Assembly: GCF_000372725.1 (NCBI RefSeq)
Contig: NW_005201792.1
Location: 313,440 to 377,439, forward strand
Reading direction: 5' to 3'
Source: Emiliania huxleyi CCMP1516
Lineage: Eukaryota
Length of the DNA stretch: 64,000 nt
Both the position numbers and the translations under genes were made by a program. Within the stretch, counting starts at the first letter, position 1. Each line of letters starts with the position of its first letter. Below, piece by piece: positions 23,811-34,854 of the stretch. The notes under the pieces are model-generated. The model saw only the letters and a list, made by a program, of their open reading frames with translations. It had not been told where the DNA came from and searched no databases.

Positions 23811-24183
23811 TTTGCGAACCTGCGCGAGTTGCGGATACACCCTGGTCCCCCAGGTGTGAACGTCACGTGTGAACAGTCTCAGTAGCCACTGTGAGTCTCC
23901 CGTGACAGCCGTAGTGTCTGTGAGTATCGGGGGAGCGAGTAGATAGCCGAACGGGGGTTTTTCCCCGACCTCCCCGAGGTCGGCCTGCGACCTCCGAGAG
24001 GTCTTGCGCCGCTGCACCCGCCGGGTTTTGCGAGCCCGGAAACGCTGAAAAGTAGGCTAGTAAGCGGGTGTTCTGTGTGGCTTGAGTAACGATCAAAGTT
24101 CTAAAACCGCCCAGAGGTGCTGTCACTCCGTAGAACGAACTAAGTAAACCTCACCGAGGTCGCCACTCAACCTCCCGGAGGTC

Positions 24184-25689
24184 ATGGCAGAGCGTCGGGC
24201 GCCATGCGCCCGCTCGCCAGGGCCCGGCCCGGGGAGTGGCAGTCGCTCTTCCTGCGACCTGCGTCAAAGGCTGCAGAACACGCTGCATATCGCCGGTTCA
24301 CGGGCCCAAGGCGATGGTTCACGCCTCGGGTCCGGCGGCAGCTCACGCCCTGCACAAGGTAAACTCCCAGTTCCGCAGATTGGTAGCGGCGGCGGGGGAA
24401 AGGCTGCAACCAGCCCTTCCCAGCCCAAAACCTTGGCTTCCAGCCTTCCCAAACCCAACCGTTCAGTTGTTGGGTCAAGGGGCGCAGAACCCCCCAAAGT
24501 CAACCGTACAGTAGTTCGACCACAAGGGGGAAACTTTTCCCAAGTCGACCCTTCAGAGGTCGCGTCGGAAAAGGGCAAAGTTGAGCTCTCAGCGGTTGCA
24601 CCAGAGGTTGCAAACGGCAAAGTTGAGCACTCAGCGGTTGCACCAACGGTTGCGAAGATCCCGTCCAAACTTAACCCAATAAAGGACGCAAGTTCGATAT
24701 CATACTCTGCCGACCCGACGGCCGCTTCGGCAGCAGAGATGGGCGGCCAGACTGGAGAGGGCTGGATGTGCCAGAAGGCAGCGCAGCTCCTCGCTCCAGC
24801 GTCGGAGGCAATGCAGCTGGCCAAGGGTCTCATTGTCGGGAAGGTGCACGGCGAGCCTGTCGACACAACCGCCTGGTCGACTCTCTCCGAGCTTTCAAGC
24901 GGGTACGGTGCGAGGGGCTTCATGGGGATCAACTTCCTGAGCCAATTCTTCACTGCGTCCAAAGTTGGCCGTGGGCATGGCAACCCCACAAACATGGTGC
25001 TGAACGAGGCGTACAAGGACCTCTCGCTCATGCTCATCCCCAATGACGGCCAGGCCGAGGTCTCCTCTTTTGGCACCATGCTCAAGCTGGCCACTTCCAC
25101 CAAGCAGCCTGACAACTGGATCAGCCGCCAGCCGCCCGACTTCCGCTACGTACTCACTAGCGGCAACCTCCTGGACGGCACCAACCTCGCCCAAGTCATG
25201 AAGCAGCCGCCCGCTGACAAGATCCTGCCCCACCAATCGCCAATCGGCCTCGCCCGCATTGCAGTCTGCAAGGACTTCCTGCTGGGCGGCGGACACGAGT
25301 GCCCCAAGATTGGGTGTGATGAAGAGATTGACTGCCACCAGTACCTGGTGACCTCCATCCGGCTGCTCAACCTCAACCCTTCGGCAGTTGGGCTCCCATT
25401 CAAGCTCAAGACGCCGGACGGCAACTCCATCACCATCAAGAACGAGGCGGAGTACACCGCCATGACCGAGGCCACGGTCATGATGCTCATCACGATGAGT
25501 GTGCAGCACAACTTGACGGCGCTGTGCTGCGACGACGAGGCTGCTCGCAAGGAGATCATGCACTCGCCCGCCATCCATGCTGTCCGGAAGTACGCGGGGG
25601 GAGTCGGTTCACGGATCACGGTTCACGGACTTGGGGTGGGGGCTAGTCGGTTCACGGTTCGGGGTTCACGGACTCGGGGCGGGGGCTAG
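24184..25689 (+). CDS. Intronless orphan ORF (501 aa), possibly a retroelement ORF1/gag, truncated by the GGTTCAC array
   Basis: Clean reading frame with normal composition and an internal 14-aa repeat (EVA.GKVE.SAVAP). The C-terminus runs into the subterminal repeats. Confidence 0.55.
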   Translation: MAERRAPCARSPGPGPGSGSRSSCDLRQRLQNTLHIAGSRAQGDGSRLGSGGSSRPAQGKLPVPQIGSGGGGKAATSPSQPKTLASSLPKPNRSVVGSRGAEPPKVNRTVVRPQGGNFSQVDPSEVASEKGKVELSAVAPEVANGKVEHSAVAPTVAKIPSKLNPIKDASSISYSADPTAASAAEMGGQTGEGWMCQKAAQLLAPASEAMQLAKGLIVGKVHGEPVDTTAWSTLSELSSGYGARGFMGINFLSQFFTASKVGRGHGNPTNMVLNEAYKDLSLMLIPNDGQAEVSSFGTMLKLATSTKQPDNWISRQPPDFRYVLTSGNLLDGTNLAQVMKQPPADKILPHQSPIGLARIAVCKDFLLGGGHECPKIGCDEEIDCHQYLVTSIRLLNLNPSAVGLPFKLKTPDGNSITIKNEAEYTAMTEATVMMLITMSVQHNLTALCCDDEAARKEIMHSPAIHAVRKYAGGVGSRITVHGLGVGASRFTVRGSRTRGGG

Positions 25690-26087
25690 TTGGTTCACGG
25701 TTCACGGTTCACGATTCCGGCGTGAACTGAGACGGCTGGCCGGCGCTGGTGAGCGTGAGGGATGGGCTAAACTCCCTCTCGCTGCAGTGGCAGGCAGGCG
25801 GGCGAGAGGCACCTCTCGGAGAGGCGAGCAGCGCGGCGCGAGCCGGCAAAGCGGCGTGGATCCGTCCTTGTCCCCCACGAGGACAGCGGCGAACGAGGCA
25901 CGGTAGCTCTCCGATATGAGGCGCGTTGCACTTGCCAGTGCTGCCCTGGCCTTCTGTCTGCCCGCCCAATGGGTGGCAGGTGCCTCTGCTGCTGTGGCAT
26001 GCCTCACGGCTGCGACTGGCCGGCGCCTCGGCGCGTCAGCTCCACCTCACCATCACCCCTCACCTCACCATAGCAAAAAAAAACATT

Positions 26088-26159
26088 AGCCGCCAGCGAG
26101 GTTCGAACTCGCGACCTTAGCATTACGAGTGCCACGCTCTACCGCTGAGCTACGGCGGC
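26088..26159 (-). tRNA. tRNA-Thr(CGT)
   Basis: GCCGCCG acceptor stem, TAGCTCAGCGGTAGAGC D arm, TGGCA-CTCGTAA-TGCTA anticodon arm and GTTCGAA T loop. A downstream T9 run is the Pol III terminator, and TATATA lies about 45 nt upstream. Confidence 0.97.
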
Positions 26160-26260
26160 TAAGTTTGCTGGGAGACGGTGAAACGATCGCTCCGCACCCG
26201 CCTATATAGAATGTGAATTTTCCGCGAGAAAGTGGCGAATATTATTATTTTATTGTTTAA

Positions 26261-26462
26261 AGAATATGTTTTTTTTTGTATAAAGGTAGTAAAGTTATAT
26301 GATGATGAGGTGGGATGGTGATGGTGAGATGAGATGGTAGGTGGGATGGTGATGGTGAGGTGGGATGGTGAAGGTGAGAATATGTTTTTTTTTGTATAAA
26401 GGTAGTAAGGTTATATGATGATGAGGTGGGATGGTGATGGTGAGATGAGATGGTAGGTGGGA
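26261..26462. repeat. Tandem duplication of a ~116-bp unit
   Basis: agaatatgttttttttgtataaaggtagt...gagatggtaggtggga occurs at about 26261 and 26377. The second copy is interrupted by a MITE. Confidence 0.9.
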
Positions 26463-26872
26463 CAGGTGGCGTTTATTTTTGCTTGGGCGGCCCTCATGCT
26501 GAAATTCTGCAAAAACCCTGGCCGGCCCCTGCGGTGCCCCTACCTACCTACCTACCTACCTACCCTACTTATGGGAAACTAAAAAAGAAATCACTCGATG
26601 GGTGAAGGTGGGGTACTATACCAACTAGAGTGATGGTTGGTGGTACTCTCCTGCATCCACAGTCCTTCTTGTGACATGGGAGGCCACTCTCAAGCCCTAC
26701 AAGCATCAGATCACCCATTTGGGGAGGGTTGACATCGTGATTTCCGCGGAAAATTTCTTTTTCTGCTGTGAAAATTCCAGCTTGAAGAGAGGGAAAACCC
26801 CGACGGGAGGGCCCAGACCTACCCTACCTACCCCGGCATGAGGGCCGGCCAAGCAAAAATAAACGCCACCTG
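26463..26872. mobile_element. MITE, 410 bp, ~37-bp TIR, 7-bp TSD
   Basis: TIR CAGGTGGCGTTTATTTTTGCTTGG(G/C)CGGCCCTCATGC. TSD GGTGGGA at 26456-26462 and 26873-26879. Confidence 0.9.
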
Positions 26873-28697
26873 GGTGGGATGGTGATGGTGAGGTGGGATG
26901 GTGAAGGTGAGCTGCTCTCGTACATTCGAGCGGCTCCGAGGCGAAGCGCTGACTCCCAGGCCATGCCGCGCAAGGAGCGCGCGCCTCGAGGCGAGCAACT
27001 GCGCGTACGTGCCGCGCGGTCTTGGTGGCGCGAATGTACTGTGCATCGGTAGACCTCGTGCATGCGCAGTGCATGCGTGTGCGTTAATCACACAGACTGT
27101 GTGTCACAGTCATCGCGACAGCTAGAGTGTGGTGTATTGTGTTCGCAAAGAGTAAGAGAATGATTAAGAATGCACGCGTCCACACGCACACATGCACACA
27201 CACACGCCGACCCGCACGCACATGCGTACCCGCGCACTCGCGACTGGCGACAATCCAGACTCCGCGCGCGACCGAGAGCGAGGACCGAAGGTCACGCTCA
27301 GCCAGCCCTCTCACACACTCACACCAGCACGCCGCCCTCATCCTCGCCCGTCTGGGAAACCCTCGTTTCCTATGTACTCGGTCCCCCAACGGAAGAGGCC
27401 TCGCTCCTATTGGAACTGGCCAACATCAGATTTGCCGCGTGCGTCCCTTTTTGAGCCGGAAAGCTATTTTCTTTTGGGTCCTGTGGGCACCCTAGCAGGC
27501 CACCCCTCGGTGACCACGCCGGTCCGGACCGATGGCGCTCGGTGTGGAGCAAGCAAGACCCCCCCCCCCCCATCGGCGCGCGCTCGCCATTCCAACGGCC
27601 GCCAGGAGCACCAAGAGGACTCCTCATGGCTGTGGTCAAGTGGGCTTCGACCGGCCTCGGCTGGGGGGGCGGGTTGTCCCGGCTGCGGACGCCTTCTGCA
27701 GCCCCCTGGGATGGGGACAGCACCCAAAAACTGCCCCTCGAAGTTGACCTCGCCCGCGGCGGTGCCGTACTCGCCCTTCTCGACGAGGTCCTTGATGAAG
27801 TCGTCCCACTTGTCTTCCGGGATTGTCTCCTCGAGGCGCAGCCGCGCGTGCAGCGAAGGAGGCCAGGGGCAGCCGACGCTAACGGAGCGGGGCGACGATC
27901 GGAATACTCGAATGAAGCCACCCCCCCGACTCGGCGCCGGCGAAGGAGCTGTTGACGGTGTTTAGGATGCCTGGTGTCGGTAAGCTGAGTACGTCAAACA
28001 CTGCGCTGCCCAATGCGCTGTGGTAGTCAAGTCGAGTAGTCAAGCAGCAGTGGCGTATGAGTAGTGGATGATCCAGAGGCAAGTGCAGCCCGGCTGATTG
28101 TTCCTCCGATTCGGACAATCTCATTCAGTCGGTCTGCAGTCGGGAGCTGATAGTCGGGTCGGAAATGACTGTGAAGGCCATGCATACGCGCAGCCCAGGT
28201 TGCAACTACGAGAGCCCGTAGCGCTTGATGGCGAGCCAAGCCAGTAGCGTGGAAATCCTGGTTGCGGGCCATGAGCGGATTCTGACTGGTGTCGGCTTGC
28301 GACGGAGAAGGATTGACGGTCAGCGTTCAGCCGCGGGGATGAGTCGCGCGGTTGAAGTTCGACCAATCACGGGTCACCACGTTTGATCGGGGGAGCACGA
28401 GGGCTCCCACTCGCGCCCGGCGGCGCGCGGAGGAGGCCGAGGGTATAGGCCAAGTACAGAAAGAGAGCAAGCAGCTACGACACGACACCGCAGTTCGGGA
28501 GAGCCGAACTAGTACCTAGGTAGGAGACGCGTGACCACAATGGGACGAACGAAACTCATGTGAGACAGAGGGTCACGCGGGACAGGAGTAAAGTGCCAAA
28601 GGGGGCACCACGGAGAGTTGCCGAGGTTTTCTTTTTCTGCGAAGTCCTTCCAAACTCGCCCGTGTCGCAACCCGCCACTCCCGTTCCTCGCCCACAC

Positions 28698-29739
28698 ATG
28701 GAGCCCGGCTCCAGCGTCCTCGCCATCCTCAGCAACCACGACCCGCGCGCCTGGACCGGCTCCGCCTGCGACGGCGGCGCCAACGCGACGTGCAACCTCC
28801 GGCTCTTTGAGGCGGCGATAGCGCGAGGCGCGGCGGCGGGCGCCGGCGCCGTGCTCTTCCCCGAGGGCTACGCGCTCAGCCCCGATTTCGGGACCGAGCC
28901 GTGGATCTCGCCGGCGGGCGCCACGCCGTGCGCGGCGGCGCGCACAACCCAAGGAGACTCGCCGCTCCAGTCCGGGCTGGCGTGCGCGGCGAGGCGGCAG
29001 CGCGTGGCGGTCGTCGCCAACGTGCTCGTCCGGATGGGCGGCGGCGAGAAGCAGATTCGCGAGGTTGTGATTGACGCGGCGGGCGCGGTCGTCTCCTCGT
29101 ACGGCAAGCGGCACCTCTTCCCCTCGGAGCGGTGGCCGCTCGGCTTCTCTCCCTCGAGCGACGCGCCGACGGTGGCGCCGCTGCTCGGCGGCCGCGTCGG
29201 GCTGCTCATCTGCTACGAGGGCGTCTACCCGGAGCTGAGTGGCGACTGGAGTCAGGTGGATGGCCCGCCCACGCGCGCCGGGCCTCGCGGCTCTGGATTC
29301 CGGCTCCGGCTCCCGGACGTGGGAGACGCGGGGCGCAACCCACGCCAAACCGCCCCACGCCACCGCGTGCCGGGGCGCGCGGAGAGAAGCTGAAGCTCGC
29401 CTCCCCTCGCCTCAGGTGGACGGCCTCCGGCGCGACGGCGCTCAGGCGCTCCTCTGGTCGATCGGGTCGCACTTGCCGGTGGATGCGGGCGCCGCGCGCC
29501 TCGCGCGGCGCACGGGGCTGCCCGTGCTCGCGTCGGCCGATGGCGCGGCCGCGCACGCCGTCGCCGCGACCGGCGCGCCGCTGCCACCATCCCGCAGCGT
29601 TGCGCTGCGTGGGGCCGTCGCCGGGTACGTGGGCAACGCGTCGCTTCGCCTCTGGCCCCTCCCGGCGGCTCCTCTCCGCAGAGGCGCGCAAGACATGCGG
29701 CGTGTCTGGACCCGAGCGCCCGAGCTGACCGCAAGCTGA
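28698..29739 (+). CDS. Carbon-nitrogen hydrolase (vanin/biotinidase-like)
   Basis: Catalytic triad contexts LFPEGY, YGKRHLF and LLICYE. Intron 29256..29415. Confidence 0.85.
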
Positions 29740-30675
29740 CCCTCGATCCTCGGACTTTCGATACACATTTTGCCGACTCTAGTTGCCGTAGCCATCTCCC
29801 AGCCCCAGAGCCCCCACTTTCCTCCTTTCGAGTGACGGTGTTCACACGTTGTATACTAGCGGCCCCCGCTGCGCTGCGTCACTGTGTTGTAATCGTTTGT
29901 GCAGCATGCGCGTGTGTGTGTGTGTGGTACACCGCGTGCGTGGCCCGCCCTTGTAGGGCCCGCCCGAGCTCCGCGGGGAACGGCGCGCGCCCCTCCCCGT
30001 CCCGGCGGAGCTGGGTGCGGCAGACGGGCCCACGGGTCGGTTCCGGGCCGATTTGCATTTGGGGCCGTTCTGTCTAGTTCTGCGGGGTCAAATCTCAAAA
30101 TCGAGCTTGACAGTTAAAAATCCAGTAAAAATCTCGCCCCCACGGATGGTACTTTTTTATTTTTTTTGGCCACGATCGTCGCCCGGGCCCGTGAGCGCAT
30201 AGGGAATCATCTTCAACTTCGCCAAAGAGGTTGGCAGCCCGAGCGCCGTCGACCGCACCGACTATGGCACAGCCTCCGGCAGCGCCCGGGGCTTCGCCCA
30301 GCACCACTCGCAGCAGCTCTCGCGCGCCGCCGTCTGTGGCGACGCGCAAAACATCAACAACGCTGCTCGCAACATGCGTGTCGCGCACTCGTTCATGACC
30401 GGTCTCAATGCCCCACCCCCCTGCGCGCGGCCGCGGGCCTTCTAGGCCCGCGGGTAGTCTCCCCCCATCCCCAGGGCCTCCAGGGCTCGCACCTCAACCT
30501 CTCACAGACCAGCGCACAGCGCCATGGGACGTATTAAGAATTGTGGATAGAATTCTTCTCAATAACAAGGCTGTGATCGGAGGGTAAGAGGGTATACTGT
30601 ACGCTCGACGGGCACCTTCGGCGTGGCGCTTCGCTCGCCCCGCTCGCGACGCACCAACCAACGGTCCACACCCAT

Positions 30676-31689
30676 ATGCCACCCTCGCCGGCGCTGCCGC
30701 TCTGGCCGGGCGTCCCTCCGCACGACCGCGCTCCGGCGGACGCCCTCGTCAGCCGCATCGGCGGCGCGGTTCTGGGCGGCCCATCGCCGCCGGCTCTGAC
30801 TCCGTGGCTCCTGCAGCCGAGCTCGCAGCCTCGCCCCCTGGTCGTGGTCATGCCCGGGGGCGGGTATGTCCGGCTGAGCACGGTCGACGAGGGCGAAACG
30901 GTGTGCGAGTGGCTCAACTCAATCGGATACCACGCCGCGGTCTTGGTCTATCGTGTGCTCCGGCTCCACCCGGCGCCGCTGCTGGATGCCCGGCGCGCCA
31001 TCCAGCTCGTTCGTCAGCATGCACACGAATGGGGTGTCTCGGGCGTCGGCGTGATCGGCTTCAGTGCTGGAGGCCACCTCGCTGGCCACGTCGCTCTCTC
31101 CTGGGACGCAGCTCTGGCGCGCCGGCTCGATTCGCAGATGCGTGAGGAGGGCGATCGACCCGCCTCGAAGCTGGCGCGGCCAGACGCGGCGCTGCTGGCG
31201 TACCCTGTGGTGTCAGCTCACAACACGAGTGTTGTGCGCGCGGGAGGAGGGAGCTGGCGCTGCAGCAGCTTCGCGTGCATTGGGCCCAAGGCGGCGGGGC
31301 GGCGCGCCAAGTTGAGCGGGAGGCCATCCGAGAGGCCCCTTCGCCACCACGGTTCGATCGCCACACTGCTCGGCTGGGGCGCGGACGCGTCGCCACTGGG
31401 CAACGAGAGCGATGTCTCCCTCGAGGACATCGCCCGCGCCGCCGCGTCGCCGCCGCCGCCCTTCTTCATCTGGCACACCGAGGATGACTCTGTCGTGCCC
31501 AGCGAGAATAGCGAGGTGCTCGTGCGGGCGCTGCGCGCGCGCTCCTTTCCGGTGGAATATCACCTGTTTCAAGGGAAGCATCTCAAGCACGGGCTCGGCA
31601 TGGCCTCCAACCTTGCGGCGCGCCGCGACGTGGAGACTGGGCGGTGGCCCAAGCTCGCGGAGGGGTGGCTACGGCGGGTGCTCCTTTGA
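30676..31689 (+). CDS. Alpha/beta hydrolase (acetyl-xylan/BD-FAE-like esterase)
   Basis: PGGGY, GFSAGGHL nucleophile elbow, PDAALLAYPV, HTEDDSVVP, KHGLG. Intronless. Confidence 0.9.
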   Translation: MPPSPALPLWPGVPPHDRAPADALVSRIGGAVLGGPSPPALTPWLLQPSSQPRPLVVVMPGGGYVRLSTVDEGETVCEWLNSIGYHAAVLVYRVLRLHPAPLLDARRAIQLVRQHAHEWGVSGVGVIGFSAGGHLAGHVALSWDAALARRLDSQMREEGDRPASKLARPDAALLAYPVVSAHNTSVVRAGGGSWRCSSFACIGPKAAGRRAKLSGRPSERPLRHHGSIATLLGWGADASPLGNESDVSLEDIARAAASPPPPFFIWHTEDDSVVPSENSEVLVRALRARSFPVEYHLFQGKHLKHGLGMASNLAARRDVETGRWPKLAEGWLRRVLL

Positions 31690-31892
31690 GATTACATAGT
31701 CCCTTGATCGAGACCAGTCCAAGCGTCTCTGAAAGAAAACGGACAACCCAAGGGAGGGATGGGAAGAAGCACCAAAGGATCAGGCTCGCGAAGTTCTTTC
31801 TTTTTGGCATAGTACTAGCACGCGCCAGTTCGCACCTGTGTCGAGCCTGTGTGCTGTGAGTGATAGTTGGTTCTTTAAATTCTTTTTGGCAC

Positions 31893-32962
31893 ATGCGTCG
31901 ATCCAGCGCGTCTCGCGTGCCGCCGCCGGCCAAGCGCAGTCGACGTGACGACGCCCCAGCCAGTTCCACGGCGGCGGACCTTCATCTCCTTCCCGGTCTG
32001 GAGGCGGCTCACGCCGCGGCGCGTCTCGCCTACTGGTCGGATACGTACCGTGCTGAGGTGCCTTCGCCCACCGTGCTCCGGGGCGTGCTCAGCGCCGAGG
32101 AGGTCGCAGCCTGCTGCGCGCTCGCCTCCGCCTCTGGCCGTCGCTCAGAGCCTACCACTGCCTGGAGGACTCCGCCGCCTGTGTGCCCAGCGCTGGCCGA
32201 GTGCGTGAGCTCCCGCGCTCCGTGGCAGCATCCTTCTGCCCTCGGTGACGGACCGGCCACCCTTGTGTCCCCGCAGCGCTTGCTTTGACGTCGTCTACAC
32301 CGCCGAACACGTGGCGCTCTTCCTGCACCGTGACGGCCTGTTTGCAGACAGGTGCAAGCACCTCCTTGCCAAGGCGACAGCGTGCCAGAGCTGCTCCCGA
32401 GGCCGGCATTACTCCCCACCGACCACGACGCGCCACTCCAGGTGGTGCGCGTGATGCGAGAGGGCGGGCGCGTCGACCCGGCCACAGAGCTGCAGGTGCG
32501 CTGCGTCGAGCTGCACTCGTACTCCGAGGGAGGCGCGCGGCCTCACTCTCACGCACGCACCGACGCGGCCGTGCCTGTGAACACGCGGCAAGCCTTTGGA
32601 GACCCTCCCCAGGAGCGCTCGACGCGCCGCTGCACCGCGACTCTGGCTCGCTGCTCACCCTGTCGGTGCAGCTCTGCGAGGCGGGCCGCTTCGAGGGAGG
32701 CGACTTTGTCACCTTCCGAGAGGGCGAGCCGGAGAGGCACCGCCTCGAGCGAGGCGCCACCGCCGCGGCCGCCCCCACCCATCTGCGCTCTCTGCGCCGG
32801 CCGCCTGAGTCGCCCCGCCCCGCCTTGCGAGCCGCAGGCGACGGAGTGCTGCTGAGCTCGATGGAGCTGCACAATGTCACCCGGGTCACCCGCGGGACTC
32901 GCGTCTCCCTCGTCGTTGAGCTCTGGTCCGAGCCGGCCAACAGCCACGACCGGTTCGAGTAA
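31893..32962 (+). CDS. 2OG-Fe(II) dioxygenase, multi-exon
   Basis: HRDSGSLLTLSVQL, FEGGDF and HNVTRVTRGTRVSLVVELW give the HxD...H...RxS signature. Confidence 0.8.
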
Positions 32963-33160
32963 CTCACTTATTGATTGACGTGCACGCGCTGCTCAAACCG
33001 CACTTATGCCGCGGTTGACTGTCACTCTCTCGCCAGCTCGCACTGAGACTGACCCTCAACAGTCCACACACGGTTTTTATATGGGGTTTTGCAAGCGTAT
33101 TTTCACTCTCTCTCGCCGGTCGCGGGCGGGGCGGGGGGCCCCGGGGGCGGGGCGCGGCCT

Positions 33161-34140
33161 TACTAAGTTACCCCTTACTTATGTACTATCCTCAACGGTC
33201 TTAGTAGATAGAGTAGCGTAGTAACTGGTTGGGTAGGGACGGTAGTAGTATCTAAGTTCTGAGCCTGGAGGCCTAACGGGTCTAAGTGTGGCTAGCCACG
33301 CTGGAGTGCTTGCGCGGTCTAAGATATCAGCGGGAGCCTCTTACATCGGCTAAGTCGGCCGTGGACGGCCTGGGGCCAAGAGGCTCCCACCGTGATCAAC
33401 GTACAACGATACGGCGCAGCCCCCAAATTTTCTTCGCCTGCGGCATGGCCTGCGGCGGGCGATCGATCCTCCTCATGCTCAGCAATCGCCGCTCAGCATC
33501 CTCCTCTTCCGATTCTCGTTGCTGCTTCTTGAGCGCAATCTTCGGCGACTTCTAGCCAAACAGTTCTCACAAATAGCCTCAAGCTCAAACAAACGCATGT
33601 CAGAGAAGCCTGTGTATGCTGGTCCTCTTTGAACGATCCGCGCGTGAGGTAGCATAGGGCCTTGTACCCTTGTTGGCAGCAGCCAGCTTGTTGCGCTGCT
33701 TCGTTGCGATGAGCTGATTGGGATCGCAGAAGTGCATGCCGCGCCCGCCGCTTCGCCGCAGCCGCCTTAAGACACGCATAGCGGCAGCACATGTTACGTT
33801 GCGCGTACTTGAGCAGGCGTTGCGCGCCGCAAGTAGCGCACTGGCCCTGGGAGAAGGCGATATGGCGTCGTGCGCGGCATACGTTGGTCGGGACGCGTCC
33901 AGGACCAGGTATTTTTCGGGTAAACCTGAAGGCTTTTCAGGTATACCCGAGTTTTACCCGGAGTTTGCCTGATGTCGTCTAAGTTCATGGCCCCTGACCA
34001 TACAGCGTCTAAGTCCGAGCCCGGCTCCGTGCGGGGGCTAAGTTGAGCGCTCGCTCGCTGCAGAGGCTAAGTGTAGAGCGACCCTCTAGCCCTAATACCC
34101 AACCATTGCGTAAGTACATGGCATATGCTACCGCTTAGTG
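33161..34140. mobile_element. Possible degenerate non-autonomous DNA transposon with phased CTAAG motifs
   Basis: CTAAG at 33252, 33282, 33319, 33350 and at 33979, 34009, 34038, 34067. Imperfect inverted ends TACTAAG...CTTAGTG. No TSD seen. Confidence 0.35.
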
Positions 34141-34481
34141 GGCACATGTACAACATGTGCAACATGCACATGCACAACAACAACATGTACATGTGACATG
34201 CGCATGCACATGCGGCCGGGCTCGGACATGCGGCCGGGCACGCCGAAAACGCCACGGGGCGACCGGTCCTCGTCGCGAGCGCCCTCTGGCCGCAGTACGC
34301 ATGCAAAGAGTTCGGCGGAGCCGGCTGGGCGGCGACCGTGTTGCGATGCTCCAAGCACACCGCAATCGTCCGGTTCACGATTGCCACGACGCGTGATGGC
34401 CGACCGTACGAGGACGCGCGCGTCCCGCTCAACCAACTGCGGCCGCTGCCTCCGCGACAACTGGCCGCATAAGGCGCGCTG

Positions 34482-34798
34482 CAGGGGGTGGAACCCATTA
34501 TAATCACCAACAGGGTGGAACCCAACATTATCACCGCAGGGTGGAACCCATTATAATCACCGCAGGGTGGAACCCATTATAATCACCGCAGGGTGGAACC
34601 CAACATAATCACCGCAGGGTGGAACCCATTATAATCACCGCAGGCTGGAACCCAATATAATCACCGCAGGGTGGAACCCAAGATAATCACCAACAGGGTG
34701 GAACCCAATATAATCACCACAGGGTGGAACCCAAGATATTCACCGCAGGGTGCAACCCAACATAATCACCAACAGGGTGGAACCCAACATAATCACCA
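34482..34798. repeat. Minisatellite, 12 copies of a 26-27-bp unit
   Basis: Unit CAGGGTGGAACCCAWNATAATCACC(G/A/AA), with no spacers. Confidence 0.95.
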
Positions 34799-34854
34799 CG
34801 CTACTACCCGGCTTGCGAGTAGGGAGGAGGAAGCTGCGCTGCGCAAGCACGGGC

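Larger units (their letters stand above)
22634..25738. mobile_element. Non-autonomous hAT-type DNA transposon with cargo
   Basis: TIR CAGCC(C/G)TCTCAGTTCACG at both ends. Exact 8-bp TSD GCCGGCGC (22626-22633 and 25739-25746). (GGTTCAC)n subterminal arrays at 22645-22890 and 25605-25725. Confidence 0.85.

Noticed and set aside
23880..23960. HDV-like ribozyme (gtc-TCCCGT-gac resembles P3/L3)
   Set aside because: Could not build a convincing P1, P1.1 and P2 pairing by eye.
27370..28366. Intact genes
   Set aside because: Only short, broken protein-like stretches; unassignable remnants.
28363..28379. tRNA-Trp-like primer-binding site TGGTGACCC on the minus strand
   Set aside because: Short match with no identifiable LTR pair; the surroundings look like a decayed reading frame.
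34140..34235. Functional Cys/His/Met-rich peptide ORFs
   Set aside because: Produced by a low-complexity CATG/CACATG microsatellite.
34482..34798. CRISPR array
   Set aside because: Units are contiguous with no unique spacers, there are no cas genes, and the context is eukaryotic.
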